Below, piece by piece: positions 8,792 through 19,235 of a DNA stretch of 64,000 nucleotides; the stretch's first letter is position 1; the number at the start of each line of letters is the position of its first letter. A program made the position numbers and the translations under genes. The notes beneath the pieces are model-generated. The model ran no database searches. It worked only from the letters and a program-made list of their open reading frames with translations, and was not told the origin of the DNA. The stretch lies in the sequence record NC_091964.1. One strand, given 5' to 3'.

Positions 8792-10075
8792 ATGACGCGC
8801 ATCTTCTCAACCCCAGAAGTGAGTCTTGAGGCTGCCGTAGCCTTTCAAGTCTCCAATATTTTTCGAATGGAGCTTACGAACGCCATTGAAGAATCTCGTG
8901 GTACGGGCAAGTTAGACATTGTCCGTATTGCTGCTGTAATAAAGAAACACACCAACCTTAGCGTTCAGGTTGGTTTGGACACAACTCTCGTCCCTAACGC
9001 TTATGTGATCCCTCCTAAGGTCGATAAGAACCACCCTATTGTTAATGAATGGCGTCGTGCATTCAATGCAAACACGGATGGTATCAACTCTATCAACTTT
9101 ACCAACGGTGCGGCGTTTGGTGGCGTGGACTTTGAAACGGGCAAAGTCTCTGGCGTGTTCAGTAAGTTGACCTCTGAGATCTGGATCACTAAAGGTGCGA
9201 TCGAAGGCTACGGTCAGATTCGTCTGACTAGCGGCGAGATCACCGGTATGATCATCCATGAAATCGGTCATGTGATCACGTACTTCGCGACACTCGGCCA
9301 GACCTTCCGTACAGCATTCATCCTCGACGGCTTTGTGCGTGAGACGATGAAGGTTAACGAAAAAGAAGTTCGTTACAAGCTGATCCGTGAATTCGAATCT
9401 GAAACCGGCGTTACCATTTCTGATAAAGTCCGCGTTGCTGAATCTGAAAACGAAGGTTCCATTGCAACTGTTGTACTGTCAGACATCATCGAATCTAGTC
9501 GCTCTCAGTACGGTACGACTCTTTACGATATGCGTAGCTGGGAAGCGTTAAGCGACCAGTATGCTGCTCGTATGGGCTGCGCTGGCGAACTGGCTTCTGC
9601 GTTGGATAAGCTCTACGGTATCTACGAACCGATGTATTACCGCGGTACGTTCAAATACCTGATGGTAGAGATCGGTAAGTTCCTCGGCGTGTTCCTGTTG
9701 ATCACGGCGAACGCATTATTGCTGAACATCCTCGGCCTGGTAATCATCTTCGTTTACCTGTCCGCATCACCTCATCAGCGCGAGTACGATAACCCGCATG
9801 AGCGTCTGGTTAAGTTGCGCAACGAACTCATTGCTCAACTGAAAGACAAAAACATTAATAAAGAACGTAGCGCGTCACTGCTGGCCGATATTGAAGCCAT
9901 CAACCGTGCGTTGGATAACGTGAAAGACCGTCATTCGTTCTTTGAGAAATTCTGGTTGGTTGTCTCTCCTTATACTCGCCGTCAGGTGAAGATGGGTAAA
10001 GAGATCCAGGAACTTGAACAGCTGGTAAACAACGAGATTTTCGTTGAAGCCGCCAAACTTAAGAAATTAGCGTAG
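8792..10075 (+). CDS. Putative head protein with an M48/HtpX-like zinc-metallopeptidase signature and a hydrophobic segment
   Basis: IHEIGH (HExxH), EALSDQYAARMG...LASALDKL, hydrophobic FLGVFLLITANALLLNILGLVIIFVYL, NPHERLVKL; N-terminal VSLE site. Confidence 0.7.
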   Translation: MTRIFSTPEVSLEAAVAFQVSNIFRMELTNAIEESRGTGKLDIVRIAAVIKKHTNLSVQVGLDTTLVPNAYVIPPKVDKNHPIVNEWRRAFNANTDGINSINFTNGAAFGGVDFETGKVSGVFSKLTSEIWITKGAIEGYGQIRLTSGEITGMIIHEIGHVITYFATLGQTFRTAFILDGFVRETMKVNEKEVRYKLIREFESETGVTISDKVRVAESENEGSIATVVLSDIIESSRSQYGTTLYDMRSWEALSDQYAARMGCAGELASALDKLYGIYEPMYYRGTFKYLMVEIGKFLGVFLLITANALLLNILGLVIIFVYLSASPHQREYDNPHERLVKLRNELIAQLKDKNINKERSASLLADIEAINRALDNVKDRHSFFEKFWLVVSPYTRRQVKMGKEIQELEQLVNNEIFVEAAKLKKLA

Positions 10076-10084
10076 GAGACTTAC

Positions 10085-10549
10085 ATGAAACGCTCTGTTG
10101 TTGATGATGTAGTTCAGCCCCTGACCTCTACTCTGGGATCTGACAAAACCCGTATTTCCATGGCCCTTGCTATCGCACTGGCGTTCTCTCTTCCTTTACC
10201 GACTCAGCGTCTGGATAAAGGCGCGACTCCTGAGCTGTATTATATTCAGCATCAGATGAACCGCGTCAACCGCTTCATTTCCGATTTCAACGAACGTTTC
10301 CTGATTGACGTTACTGAAATCGCGCAGGCGACGAAGACCATCTTCTGTACTCGTTACGATATGGTTTACAGTCGCGACCCGCAGAAGCTGATGTCGATTG
10401 CTCGTGGCAGCTGCCCGATCAAAGATTATCTGGCAGGCTTCTCGTTTGACGAAGAAGTGGCTGGTACAGTGATCTCCGCTGGCATCGCATCCATCGATCG
10501 CATTGAGCGCATTCTTCTGGAAGAGCCTAGCGCTTCCTCGGGCGTGTAA
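10085..10549 (+). CDS. Hypothetical (probable virion) protein, 154 aa
   Basis: RBS AGGAG; inside the head-protein operon. Confidence 0.75.
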   Translation: MKRSVVDDVVQPLTSTLGSDKTRISMALAIALAFSLPLPTQRLDKGATPELYYIQHQMNRVNRFISDFNERFLIDVTEIAQATKTIFCTRYDMVYSRDPQKLMSIARGSCPIKDYLAGFSFDEEVAGTVISAGIASIDRIERILLEEPSASSGV

Positions 10550-10551
10550 TC

Positions 10552-11598
10552 ATGGAACTCTCTTCGCGTCTTAGGAAGTTCTACGATGAGAAGAGATTGT
10601 TCAGTATTACCAAAAGAGCTAAGCTTTCTGAGATGGCGTCTTACGACGCCGTTTCGGCAGATTTGATCCCGGAAGATCCCGGAGCTAAGCGCAAGTTTGC
10701 AACTGAACAACTCTCCATCGCGACTAGCGCAATGTCGGCATTTGAATCCATTGCGCTAGAGTGTGCTGAGATCCAGGATATTATTCTCGAGGTTGCTCGT
10801 TATAGTTCTTACCTGGATCAGATCGTACCTTTCAAACTGGCTCGTGATGACGAGAAGGTGATGGCTGCCCGCGAAACGCTATGTGCGTTACGTACGCTCT
10901 TCGTAGAGTCGTTAGTAAACGACGATATGGTGAGTAGTCGTACCGTAGCGGCCGCTACCGGTGTATTCACTGAGATCCAAAACTTCGATCAGTTCCTTCG
11001 TTACTTCGGCGAATATATTTCTTCCTTAAATATCCAGGAAGGTCCGTTGGATGAGCAAACATTGGAAGACTATAAAGGTTCTTTCAACGAAACAAGTCCG
11101 GGTGCACTCCTGGCTCTTGTTATCGGCTCTGACGAAGAGGGTGTCTTCGAACAACAAGTTAAGATCTTGAATGATCTCAAAGACCAGGCTACTAACTATG
11201 CTCGGGTAGAAACTGAGTCAAACGTCCTGTGCTGGTCTATGTCGCGTTCTTACGTCGATCTGCCTGTACGACTACTGGCGAAGGCTGGGGACTCTCCTAC
11301 GGACGCTCTGGAGCGTATAACGCGACAAATCACTGCTGTGAGCGAACTTAACTTTGACGAAGACGGAATACCCGGTCTAACTTGCCTGGCTGAGTGGGCG
11401 GTGATTATCCGTAACGGGATGGTGACGCTTCTGAGTCTCACTAAGATCTTTGTGTCGTTACTCGATGCAACGATGAAGTGCATCTGGGAGTTCTTATTCT
11501 TCCAGCTGAGTAAGTTAGAAGAGCTTGAGGAATTCGAAGTTCTGGAATCCGTTGTCGTCATGTGCCAACAAACTCTGTTTAAGGAACCTGTACAATGA
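10552..11598 (+). CDS. Hypothetical (probable head) protein, 348 aa
   Basis: Tightly packed in the operon; candidate sites SAFE and IALE near the N-terminus. Confidence 0.7.
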   Translation: MELSSRLRKFYDEKRLFSITKRAKLSEMASYDAVSADLIPEDPGAKRKFATEQLSIATSAMSAFESIALECAEIQDIILEVARYSSYLDQIVPFKLARDDEKVMAARETLCALRTLFVESLVNDDMVSSRTVAAATGVFTEIQNFDQFLRYFGEYISSLNIQEGPLDEQTLEDYKGSFNETSPGALLALVIGSDEEGVFEQQVKILNDLKDQATNYARVETESNVLCWSMSRSYVDLPVRLLAKAGDSPTDALERITRQITAVSELNFDEDGIPGLTCLAEWAVIIRNGMVTLLSLTKIFVSLLDATMKCIWEFLFFQLSKLEELEEFEVLESVVVMCQQTLFKEPVQ

Positions 11599-12977
11599 CA
11601 CGTTCTATTGTACTTCCTGTTAACGGTCAGTCGAACCCTATGTTCACGCTGATCGATCCTAACGGGGAAGATCTTCACACGCATCTCATGGAACTTAACC
11701 GCGCCCATGCTGATGAAGAAGTTCGTAAGAACACCGGCGAAAAGCTGGTTTCCGAACTTGAGCGTATCCGCGATAACATTACTGACTCTGGTCAGGTAAA
11801 TCGCCGTGATATGGAAGAGGTAGAGGCAACCAGTGGTGTTGCTATCGAATCTTACCCGATCGGTGCGTTCACTGAGCGTAAATCTAAAACGGGCCTGACC
11901 ATTGCTCTTGAAGAGATCGATGTTCGCCGTGCCGGTTTTATTGCCGCGGGTATCGTCGCTGGTCTGGCGCTTCTTTATAAAGTCGTCAAGTGGTTTATCG
12001 GCCGGGTACGTAGTACAGCGGGTGGTGGTGGTGGCGGTTCTGCTAAGTTCAATGGCGGGAAAAGTGACGAAGAGTACAAAAAGGAAATCGAACAACTCGA
12101 ATCGGATATTGCCGAAGCTGAGAAAGCTCAGAAGGGTCTTGACCCGGAAGCTGGCTTAGATGCAGACGGTAAGAAGAAGTACGATGACGACGTTGCTCGC
12201 TACCTGGATGCTCGTACTATCTTTGTTGAAAAGATCATGTACGGTAATCCCTCGTACTCTCGCGCCTTCTCTCAATTTGTACCGGCGTTCATGGACCGTT
12301 ACGCAAAAGAGCGTCAGTTGCTGGAATCTGTTATTGAAAAGCTGAAAGACTTCAGCGATATCGAAGCAGGTGAAGTTACTGAGAAGGACCTCAACGGTTT
12401 GGCTGCGATCTCTCAGTCCATGGATGAGTCAGGCTTCTCCATGAACAAGTGGGATCAGTATCAAGTATTCATGAAGGCATGCGGTGTTTCTTCCGGCGGG
12501 ACCAAAACCCTTAAAGAAGCAACAGCAGAGCTCATGGATCGCTTCAAGAAGGAGATGGAGAAACCTTCTAAGCTACGTCCTGCGGATATCAAGGGCCAGC
12601 GCCTGAAGCGCGTTAATGACGATATCGTTAACTCGATCAATTGTCTTGATGACCAGGAAGATTCCGGCGGGTTCACCAACCACTACTTCTATATCCCCCA
12701 GGAAGATCTGGACAAGGGTATCGATGAGCTGGATAAAACTGCTGAAGAGATCAAAAAGATCGGTGAGGCATTCAGAGAGAAGCATAAAGAGTCTTACGGT
12801 GCTACTGCTGTTAAAGCGATGCAGATGATGACCACTATCATCGGCCAGTTGGGCCAACGTAATACTCTGATCAACTTCCCTATCATGATCAACGAACTTA
12901 TCGGTAAAGAACATCGTAAGTTCCTGAACGTGGCTCGTGAATTCGGTAGTAAATACGTCGTCGTTACTCGTAGCTGA
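11595..12977 (+). CDS. Probable inner-head protein, 460 aa
   Basis: Propeptide-like N-terminus with VAIE/IALE sites, then hydrophobic AGFIAAGIVAGLALLYKVVKWF, poly-Gly linker and helical charged body. Confidence 0.7.
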   Translation: MTRSIVLPVNGQSNPMFTLIDPNGEDLHTHLMELNRAHADEEVRKNTGEKLVSELERIRDNITDSGQVNRRDMEEVEATSGVAIESYPIGAFTERKSKTGLTIALEEIDVRRAGFIAAGIVAGLALLYKVVKWFIGRVRSTAGGGGGGSAKFNGGKSDEEYKKEIEQLESDIAEAEKAQKGLDPEAGLDADGKKKYDDDVARYLDARTIFVEKIMYGNPSYSRAFSQFVPAFMDRYAKERQLLESVIEKLKDFSDIEAGEVTEKDLNGLAAISQSMDESGFSMNKWDQYQVFMKACGVSSGGTKTLKEATAELMDRFKKEMEKPSKLRPADIKGQRLKRVNDDIVNSINCLDDQEDSGGFTNHYFYIPQEDLDKGIDELDKTAEEIKKIGEAFREKHKESYGATAVKAMQMMTTIIGQLGQRNTLINFPIMINELIGKEHRKFLNVAREFGSKYVVVTRS

Positions 12978-12982
12978 CACAA

Positions 12983-13021
12983 CTCCCTCTCCCCTTGCGG
13001 GGAGAGGGAGAATTGTGCTGT
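12983..13021. terminator. Bidirectional hairpin between convergent genes
   Basis: CTCCCTCTCCCC-TTGC-GGGGAGAGGGAG followed by TTGTGCTGT. Confidence 0.75.
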
Positions 13022-15963
13022 TATGTTTCAGGAAGGTGAAGATCCCACTCGAACTTGATATCTTCTTTAACGATGATCTTACCATCGTCATTTAAAGCAG
13101 CCAGGCGACGCACTGTCGCACGATAAGCATCATCTGCCGTTGTGAAGGTGGCAATTTCCTTACCGTCGCTAAGCATTGTCATCTTAAAGCCGCTCAGACG
13201 ATCATCTACGTTCTGTACGATCTTGGACGTGATAGCAGCTGTTGATACCGTACGGTTTTTGAGCACTGCTGAAATAGATGAATTACAGAGGCTCTCTACC
13301 ATTTCACGGAAGTCGTTATCGCGGTAGCCTGTTTCAGTTGCGTACAGGATAAACTGGAAAGTAAGCTGTGATTGGATATTAACTTCCACCGCATCGTCAA
13401 TCAACACCGGGATATTACTCAGCGTCTTCTTCGGATACAGGAAGATGTTTGTCTTCTCAAGCTTGCGCTTAGAAAGCGTTTCCAGCGCCGGGATGTACGT
13501 ATCTACAATACTGTCAGACAGGAACTTAAGATCCGTCTTCGACGTTGTATCGTTAGCGTAGTAGTAAACACCGTCAACCATGAAGATCTCGGAGAGACGG
13601 AGAATAGGACGTTCGCTAACCGGGATTGGTTCCTTAGTCGCTTCGTCAATGATCAGACTGTCCTTAGGATAAAGAACCTTCTGCTTACCATCGACCATTA
13701 CCGGATCACCTTTGGAATGTAACTTGTTAAAAATTACTTTCCCATCAGCACCGATTGTAAACTTACGAGCTTTGGTAACCGGATCCATTTCGTAGACATC
13801 GTCTTCCCAAACAGCCATAACATCCTGAGCGTATTTCTTAAACTCAGTTGCACCGCCCAGGGAACGACAGTTGGCCCACAGGCTCTTCAACGCTGTACCT
13901 AACTCTAACCCTACCTTCTCAACCGTAACGCCGTAGATATCCAACGGCAGCAAGGTCTTACCCAGGTAACCATCCACGTCGCTGTAGTCTAAACCATCAA
14001 CGATGTAATCGGTCACTGAGTAGGTCAGAACAAAGTCAGTCGAGAGAGGTAAAGGAAGAGAGCGAGGAACGGCTGTGAAGATAGCAAAGTTATCGACAAT
14101 CAAATTGTCGTTGCCATCCAAGTCAAACGTACAGTGAATCGGGAATTCCCAGGTATCATAAACTGCCTGGTTCTGCTCGATCCTACCGACGTATCGGCCG
14201 TTCAGGTATGCGTAGTTAACTTCACCGTAAGGAATAAAGCCAATCTGCGCAAAACGCTGGTCTTCACGTAAAGCCTGCCAGTTCGCACCCACCTGTGCCA
14301 CAATCGTCAACATGTAACCGTCGGCGGTACGCTGAAGGTCAAATGCAGTTGTGGAGATTTCGAGCTGCGTGGTTTCGTTCTCGTGAATAAATTCACGGGT
14401 CGTTTGACGGGGATTCTCCAAGCGGTACGGTCGCAGTTCGAAGTTGTTGTCGTTCGTATCCAATACGTAATGGAAAGGACTGAAGACATAGTGAGCAGAG
14501 TTAATCGTATTGATCAACGTCTCAGTTGTATTAGCCACAAGCTCAGGATACTTGTCTGCTTCGACCAACGACAGAATACCATCGTTAATACGGAAGAGTG
14601 TGGCCGGACTGATAGTGACGCGATTACCGTTGTCGTAGACGCCTGGGTATTTCACCAGATCATCAGCCTTAACCTGGAGCGCCATGATACCGCAGCTAGG
14701 AGCAGCAGTGAAGTTTGACGCTGTAGCAGGAGAAAGCGTTTTAGACGCCAGATAAACACGATCCGTCAGATCATCACGATTCTTGATCACGTCGAAGCCC
14801 ATGGTCCCTAGACGAGATTCAATCTGCGCGGGCGTAATAGGAACGTCGATGATAGAAACGTTATTGATGATGAGGTTCTGCATCTCGTTGAACGTCAAGC
14901 CTAACGAGCCCCCAGTAATCGATTCAGCTGAATACAGAGAATGCTCAAGGCTACGAATAGGAGCAGCGTAAGGTTCCAGAGAAGGATCATCAAGATCTTC
15001 CTTCCAGTTAACTTTAAAGCTCGCTGCCTGCAACGTAGAGAGGTCGCGCTCCATTGGTCCCTTGGTAGTATAGACATCAAAGCGAATGCTCGTACCGGCG
15101 GGTACAAGGCCATTATTGATGTATACCGGAGGAATGCGGTAGTTAACCACGTTCTCTTCCACGGTAACGATGACAGTCGGCTTAGTAGCCGAGTACACGA
15201 ACTCTGAGTACGTTGTTGCGAACTCAGTCCAACCACCGTCATCAGACCCGAAGAACACGCGAGTGTTATGGAAGTAGTCAGAGTAGGCCTGGTTAAAGAC
15301 GTACGTGCCGCCTTCTATCGTGTCTTTGTTGACACTCCGGGTCAGCTGTAACATCTCCATCGTAATGTCCAGGAACTCACGCCCTTCCGGAGAGCGCGTG
15401 ATATACCAGTCAACAACGTTATCGTCGAGTGACATCAGAGGAGATTTCTTGTCGGTGTTAGATACGATCATCAACGGCGCTTTGGTATTCGTAACACCTT
15501 TATGTACTGGCTGGCGAATCTCGATCGGGTACAACAACAACAGGCTGGTTTGGTTATCAATGAAGATCTCGGTATTACGCGGAATAACAACCTTACGCAA
15601 TTGAGAACCTGGGACAGTAACCATCTGCCCCACGAGTTCTTCCCGCGGGAACATAACGTGCATCTTAACGGCAGAAGGTTGTGACCAGCGGTCGACCATG
15701 TCGTAGTCAGATGCGTTAGCATACAAGTCACGCATGGTACGGGAGAGTAAAGAATAGTTGCGACGATCACCAGCCATCGATTCTTCAATCTGGACGCAAG
15801 CTTGCGCAGATGAGATTTCTAACTGCTGAACCATCGGCGATAAAGGATCAGGAACGACCTTACCTTGAAGACGTGCTTCAATATAGTCAATCCCTGTCTG
15901 GACAAAAGCCCAGGGGTTTCTTACCGCAAGACGTGTGCGCTTTAAGATATCATAATCAGCCAT
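13021..15963 (-). CDS. Large virion structural protein, probable baseplate component (phiKZ gp87-like)
   Basis: About 980 aa, beta-rich; synteny upstream of inner-head genes; start MADYD at 15963 after RBS GAGG. Confidence 0.7.
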   Translation of the reverse strand: MADYDILKRTRLAVRNPWAFVQTGIDYIEARLQGKVVPDPLSPMVQQLEISSAQACVQIEESMAGDRRNYSLLSRTMRDLYANASDYDMVDRWSQPSAVKMHVMFPREELVGQMVTVPGSQLRKVVIPRNTEIFIDNQTSLLLLYPIEIRQPVHKGVTNTKAPLMIVSNTDKKSPLMSLDDNVVDWYITRSPEGREFLDITMEMLQLTRSVNKDTIEGGTYVFNQAYSDYFHNTRVFFGSDDGGWTEFATTYSEFVYSATKPTVIVTVEENVVNYRIPPVYINNGLVPAGTSIRFDVYTTKGPMERDLSTLQAASFKVNWKEDLDDPSLEPYAAPIRSLEHSLYSAESITGGSLGLTFNEMQNLIINNVSIIDVPITPAQIESRLGTMGFDVIKNRDDLTDRVYLASKTLSPATASNFTAAPSCGIMALQVKADDLVKYPGVYDNGNRVTISPATLFRINDGILSLVEADKYPELVANTTETLINTINSAHYVFSPFHYVLDTNDNNFELRPYRLENPRQTTREFIHENETTQLEISTTAFDLQRTADGYMLTIVAQVGANWQALREDQRFAQIGFIPYGEVNYAYLNGRYVGRIEQNQAVYDTWEFPIHCTFDLDGNDNLIVDNFAIFTAVPRSLPLPLSTDFVLTYSVTDYIVDGLDYSDVDGYLGKTLLPLDIYGVTVEKVGLELGTALKSLWANCRSLGGATEFKKYAQDVMAVWEDDVYEMDPVTKARKFTIGADGKVIFNKLHSKGDPVMVDGKQKVLYPKDSLIIDEATKEPIPVSERPILRLSEIFMVDGVYYYANDTTSKTDLKFLSDSIVDTYIPALETLSKRKLEKTNIFLYPKKTLSNIPVLIDDAVEVNIQSQLTFQFILYATETGYRDNDFREMVESLCNSSISAVLKNRTVSTAAITSKIVQNVDDRLSGFKMTMLSDGKEIATFTTADDAYRATVRRLAALNDDGKIIVKEDIKFEWDLHLPET

Positions 15964-17146
15964 TAATATCAACCTCTTCGTCTAAGGCCCCGGACTTATA
16001 GCCGTAGGTAGGGTTAGCCATTGCACTACCATCCGCACCATCATTCAGCTTCTCTGGGCTAATAGTAATGTTCTGTTGAAGCTCACGAGCGATTTCATTA
16101 TAACGCTCAGATTCCATGAACCACATCAGTTCCCAGGTTACCGGATGAATAAGCGGGTAGCACTCGTAGTTGTAGTAGTCGAGATAGGCGTTAGGGATTT
16201 GAACATAACGCTCACCGCGAGCAAGTTTCATTTTACCGTCTAATAACGCAGCAATTCCGCTTGCATCATTATCAATGAGTTCCAGGTCGCGGTTAAACAA
16301 CCCGACTGTCTGGTTAAACTCCCACGGTAGGATAGGATCGTTGTACTGTGCCCCAACAGAACGGAACTGAATGTTGACCTTATCATTACTACGGTCAAAG
16401 TTCTCAGCTGAACTGAAGTTGGCAATTGCACCCCACGGGTTAGTCTTCGGATACATATATCCGTTGGCCATGATGTGCTGTACGAAACGACGTGACGGGT
16501 CCATGATCAATCGGTACATGCGCATGGTGTAATCCATACGGTTCTCGATGTTGTTATCCGCATACGGCACCATGGTGATCCCGAGCACGTTCTCCATATA
16601 GATGAGCATCGTATCCAAAATCTTAAGTACCGGAGCACCCTCGGTATTCACGAATGAACACGTAAGATCAAAAGCTCCGCGGTAACGATAATAACCGTCC
16701 GCCATCGCTATCGCTTCACCCATGATACCTTCAGGCTCAACATAGTCAGCCATCGTGTTATCGGGCCATCCTGATACGTCAGAGATGGTATTAGTAAGGA
16801 TAGTAAGGAACGCATGGTTATTATTAATTATCGGCGTACCGTAACCATTATTGACACAATGAGGATCAAGCAGTGCACGTATAGCACGCTGGATCGTGTA
16901 TTGGTTACCAGTGAGCAAAGGACTGAGATACCTATCTTGTGATAGATTCTTGTCCGTCAGGTTGAGTTCTGGCCGTGTAATAAAAGTGTAACCAACCTGA
17001 TCAGTGTTAGCGGGCGTAGCCAAACCGTTAGCGCGGAAATTGTAGCCACGGAACATATCGTAGGCTTGGCCCTTATATGTACCGTAACCCATGCTCCGAC
17101 TAAGCTGGTCTAGGCTGCGCCGGAATTCTTCTTCTCTCGAACCCAT
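15956..17146 (-). CDS. Virion structural protein, tail tube/baseplate-like (phiKZ gp88-like)
   Basis: FITRPELNL and related motifs; start MGSREEE at 17146 after RBS GAGGA, which removes the apparent overlap with the divergent gene. Confidence 0.65.
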   Translation of the reverse strand: MGSREEEFRRSLDQLSRSMGYGTYKGQAYDMFRGYNFRANGLATPANTDQVGYTFITRPELNLTDKNLSQDRYLSPLLTGNQYTIQRAIRALLDPHCVNNGYGTPIINNNHAFLTILTNTISDVSGWPDNTMADYVEPEGIMGEAIAMADGYYRYRGAFDLTCSFVNTEGAPVLKILDTMLIYMENVLGITMVPYADNNIENRMDYTMRMYRLIMDPSRRFVQHIMANGYMYPKTNPWGAIANFSSAENFDRSNDKVNIQFRSVGAQYNDPILPWEFNQTVGLFNRDLELIDNDASGIAALLDGKMKLARGERYVQIPNAYLDYYNYECYPLIHPVTWELMWFMESERYNEIARELQQNITISPEKLNDGADGSAMANPTYGYKSGALDEEVDING

Positions 17147-17174
17147 ATCTTTATTCCTCGACAGGAAATGAATT

Positions 17175-18314
17175 ATGACTGGAAATGTTTTGTTAAACGC
17201 CGCTGCCGGTGCCCTCACACCATTGGAGTTGATTACCGGCTTACCGGAGCTTGTCCGTTCTCGCGGCGATTCTCTGGTTGAATACACCGCTGACACTCGT
17301 CTGGAACCAATCGCTCTGATCGATTCTGGACTGATGGGCCTCTCATGTCTTGAGTCTGCCCTGCAAGTTCAGCTGACGATGTTCTCTTCTCTTTATCTTA
17401 CAGCAGTACAGCTGGGTGCGAGTGAAATCAACGGCGTTAGTATTCTTAGCCGTCTGGGTAAGTTCAACCCTACCCGTGACCCAATGAACACCGCTGCTGA
17501 TAGCGTAGCTGGTTTGATCGGTGCAATCTCCACCGAATCTGCTGCGCTTAAGTTTGGTCTGCCGCCTATCGGTACTCTCCACAACCTCGTGTCTATGGAA
17601 GCCGATGGTGCAGACGGTGAAGTTATCCAGCAAACGATTGGTAAGGACACGCTGAAGGCTATGGCCGATCAGGCGAACCTGAACATCGGTAAAATGCTGG
17701 AAGTGAACATTCGTGTTGACGATAAGTCATTCACCGTGCCGGTAACAGCGCGTCTGAATACATTGCCGTCTCCAGGGGATGTTATCTCTGGCGAGCTGTG
17801 TGCTCTGGCTGAAAACCTGAAGCCGGATCCGAAGGAACGTAAGATCAAGCTGAAAGCGGGCGCTATTCGCTTCCTGCAAGACTTCGTTGCTTGTGGTGAT
17901 CTTATTGACAACCACATGAAAACGATCGTTAAAGATCCGAACGGTCTGTATTTGCGTTCAATCGAAAACGCGCGTCGTAATAAGCTGGCCGGTTGGCTGA
18001 GCGGTCGTCCTTCTGTCGCAACGGCATCGAACATCTATAACATCTCGGAAGAGACTGCGATGAAGATCGAACGTCGCCTGAACATCGACCTGTCGAACCC
18101 GTCAGATCGTAACCGTCTGTTCGAGAAGTCCTCGATGATGGTGCTCTATGTCTTTGACCGCGAAGCTGAAATGGTTACCGCTTACTACCGTAAGTGCAAA
18201 AACCACAGCCGCGTTACCTTCCGCCAAATGGAGCAGAAAGGTAAAGAAGATAAGTCAACCGACGTACTGCGCCTGATGCAGGACTTCAGTCAGATGAAGG
18301 CCCCTTCTTTCTAA
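17175..18314 (+). CDS. Inner-head protein (phiKZ gp89-like)
   Basis: Synteny; ISTE and VSME maturation-type sites; strong codon bias. Confidence 0.7.
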   Translation: MTGNVLLNAAAGALTPLELITGLPELVRSRGDSLVEYTADTRLEPIALIDSGLMGLSCLESALQVQLTMFSSLYLTAVQLGASEINGVSILSRLGKFNPTRDPMNTAADSVAGLIGAISTESAALKFGLPPIGTLHNLVSMEADGADGEVIQQTIGKDTLKAMADQANLNIGKMLEVNIRVDDKSFTVPVTARLNTLPSPGDVISGELCALAENLKPDPKERKIKLKAGAIRFLQDFVACGDLIDNHMKTIVKDPNGLYLRSIENARRNKLAGWLSGRPSVATASNIYNISEETAMKIERRLNIDLSNPSDRNRLFEKSSMMVLYVFDREAEMVTAYYRKCKNHSRVTFRQMEQKGKEDKSTDVLRLMQDFSQMKAPSF

Positions 18315-18323
18315 GGAACAGTC

Positions 18324-19235
18324 ATGCTTAATAAAATCGTTGAAGTTCTTGCTCCGACTCTGGAAGCACGTCAGATTCGCGAAGAGATTGCGAACACTCG
18401 TAAGATCCTCGAAACTGAAACACTGGCACCGTACCGCACTACGGTGGAAGCTAAACTGTTCGTTGGTCCGCGTCCGTTCAAATCTTCTCAGGTTGTTAAG
18501 ATCAACAGCCTGATTGCTCGCACCCTGCCGAACTATAAAAACAACAACTTCGTTGAAACAGTAACGATGGTGCTGTCGAATATTTCTGCTGGCTACGATC
18601 AGTTCGAACGTTTCGCCGAACACACGATCAAAGGCACCGTAATCGACAAGCTCGGTATGAGCTATCGTAAAGGTACGATCCTCCAGTTGCTGGGCCTGAT
18701 GGACTTCGTCTGTTACTACAGTCGTTCTGTCCTCCTTTATACCTTCGGCAAAGAAGTAAAGAACTTCAAGTCGCAGGCGGGTATGCCTGAGCCGTTCTCT
18801 GCATCTGAGATCAAGTACCTGGAAAAGCACGCCGAGAACTACGCTCGTTGCCTCCAGATCTTCAGTCAGCCTATGGCTAAGATCATGGCTACTATCGAAA
18901 CGGTTCCGGACATCGTCTACGATCCGTCGAAAGAAGCTGCTGTACTGGCACAGGTAGGTAACCGCCTTGATCCGCTGCGTATGGGCTACGTTCCGGTTGT
19001 TTCTGACGTAATCATGTTCTTCGGTTTGCGCTTTGCAGAGAAACGCGCTCTTCGTTATCTGAAGGCGGAAGCTGATAAGAAGGCACTGGAACTGCGTATC
19101 TCTCAGTATCGTGCTGCTGTATTGAACCAGCCTGATGCTGTTACGGATAAAATGATCCTGGCAGCGGAAGACGAGCTCAAGCAGCTGGACTACGACCTGA
19201 AAGAAATGCGCAAGAAAATGGGGATCGATGAATGA
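18324..19235 (+). CDS. Inner-head protein (phiKZ gp90-like)
   Basis: Synteny; RBS AAGGA; C-terminal coiled coil. Confidence 0.7.
   Translation: MLNKIVEVLAPTLEARQIREEIANTRKILETETLAPYRTTVEAKLFVGPRPFKSSQVVKINSLIARTLPNYKNNNFVETVTMVLSNISAGYDQFERFAEHTIKGTVIDKLGMSYRKGTILQLLGLMDFVCYYSRSVLLYTFGKEVKNFKSQAGMPEPFSASEIKYLEKHAENYARCLQIFSQPMAKIMATIETVPDIVYDPSKEAAVLAQVGNRLDPLRMGYVPVVSDVIMFFGLRFAEKRALRYLKAEADKKALELRISQYRAAVLNQPDAVTDKMILAAEDELKQLDYDLKEMRKKMGIDE

Noticed and set aside
11250-12095. 281-aa antisense ORF and other short opposite-strand ORFs in the track
   Set aside because: Overlap well-supported genes, low-complexity translations, no RBS.
17146-17296. Apparent head-to-head overlap of the 446-aa and 379-aa ORFs
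   Set aside because: A better start with RBS GAGGA at 17146 removes the overlap.
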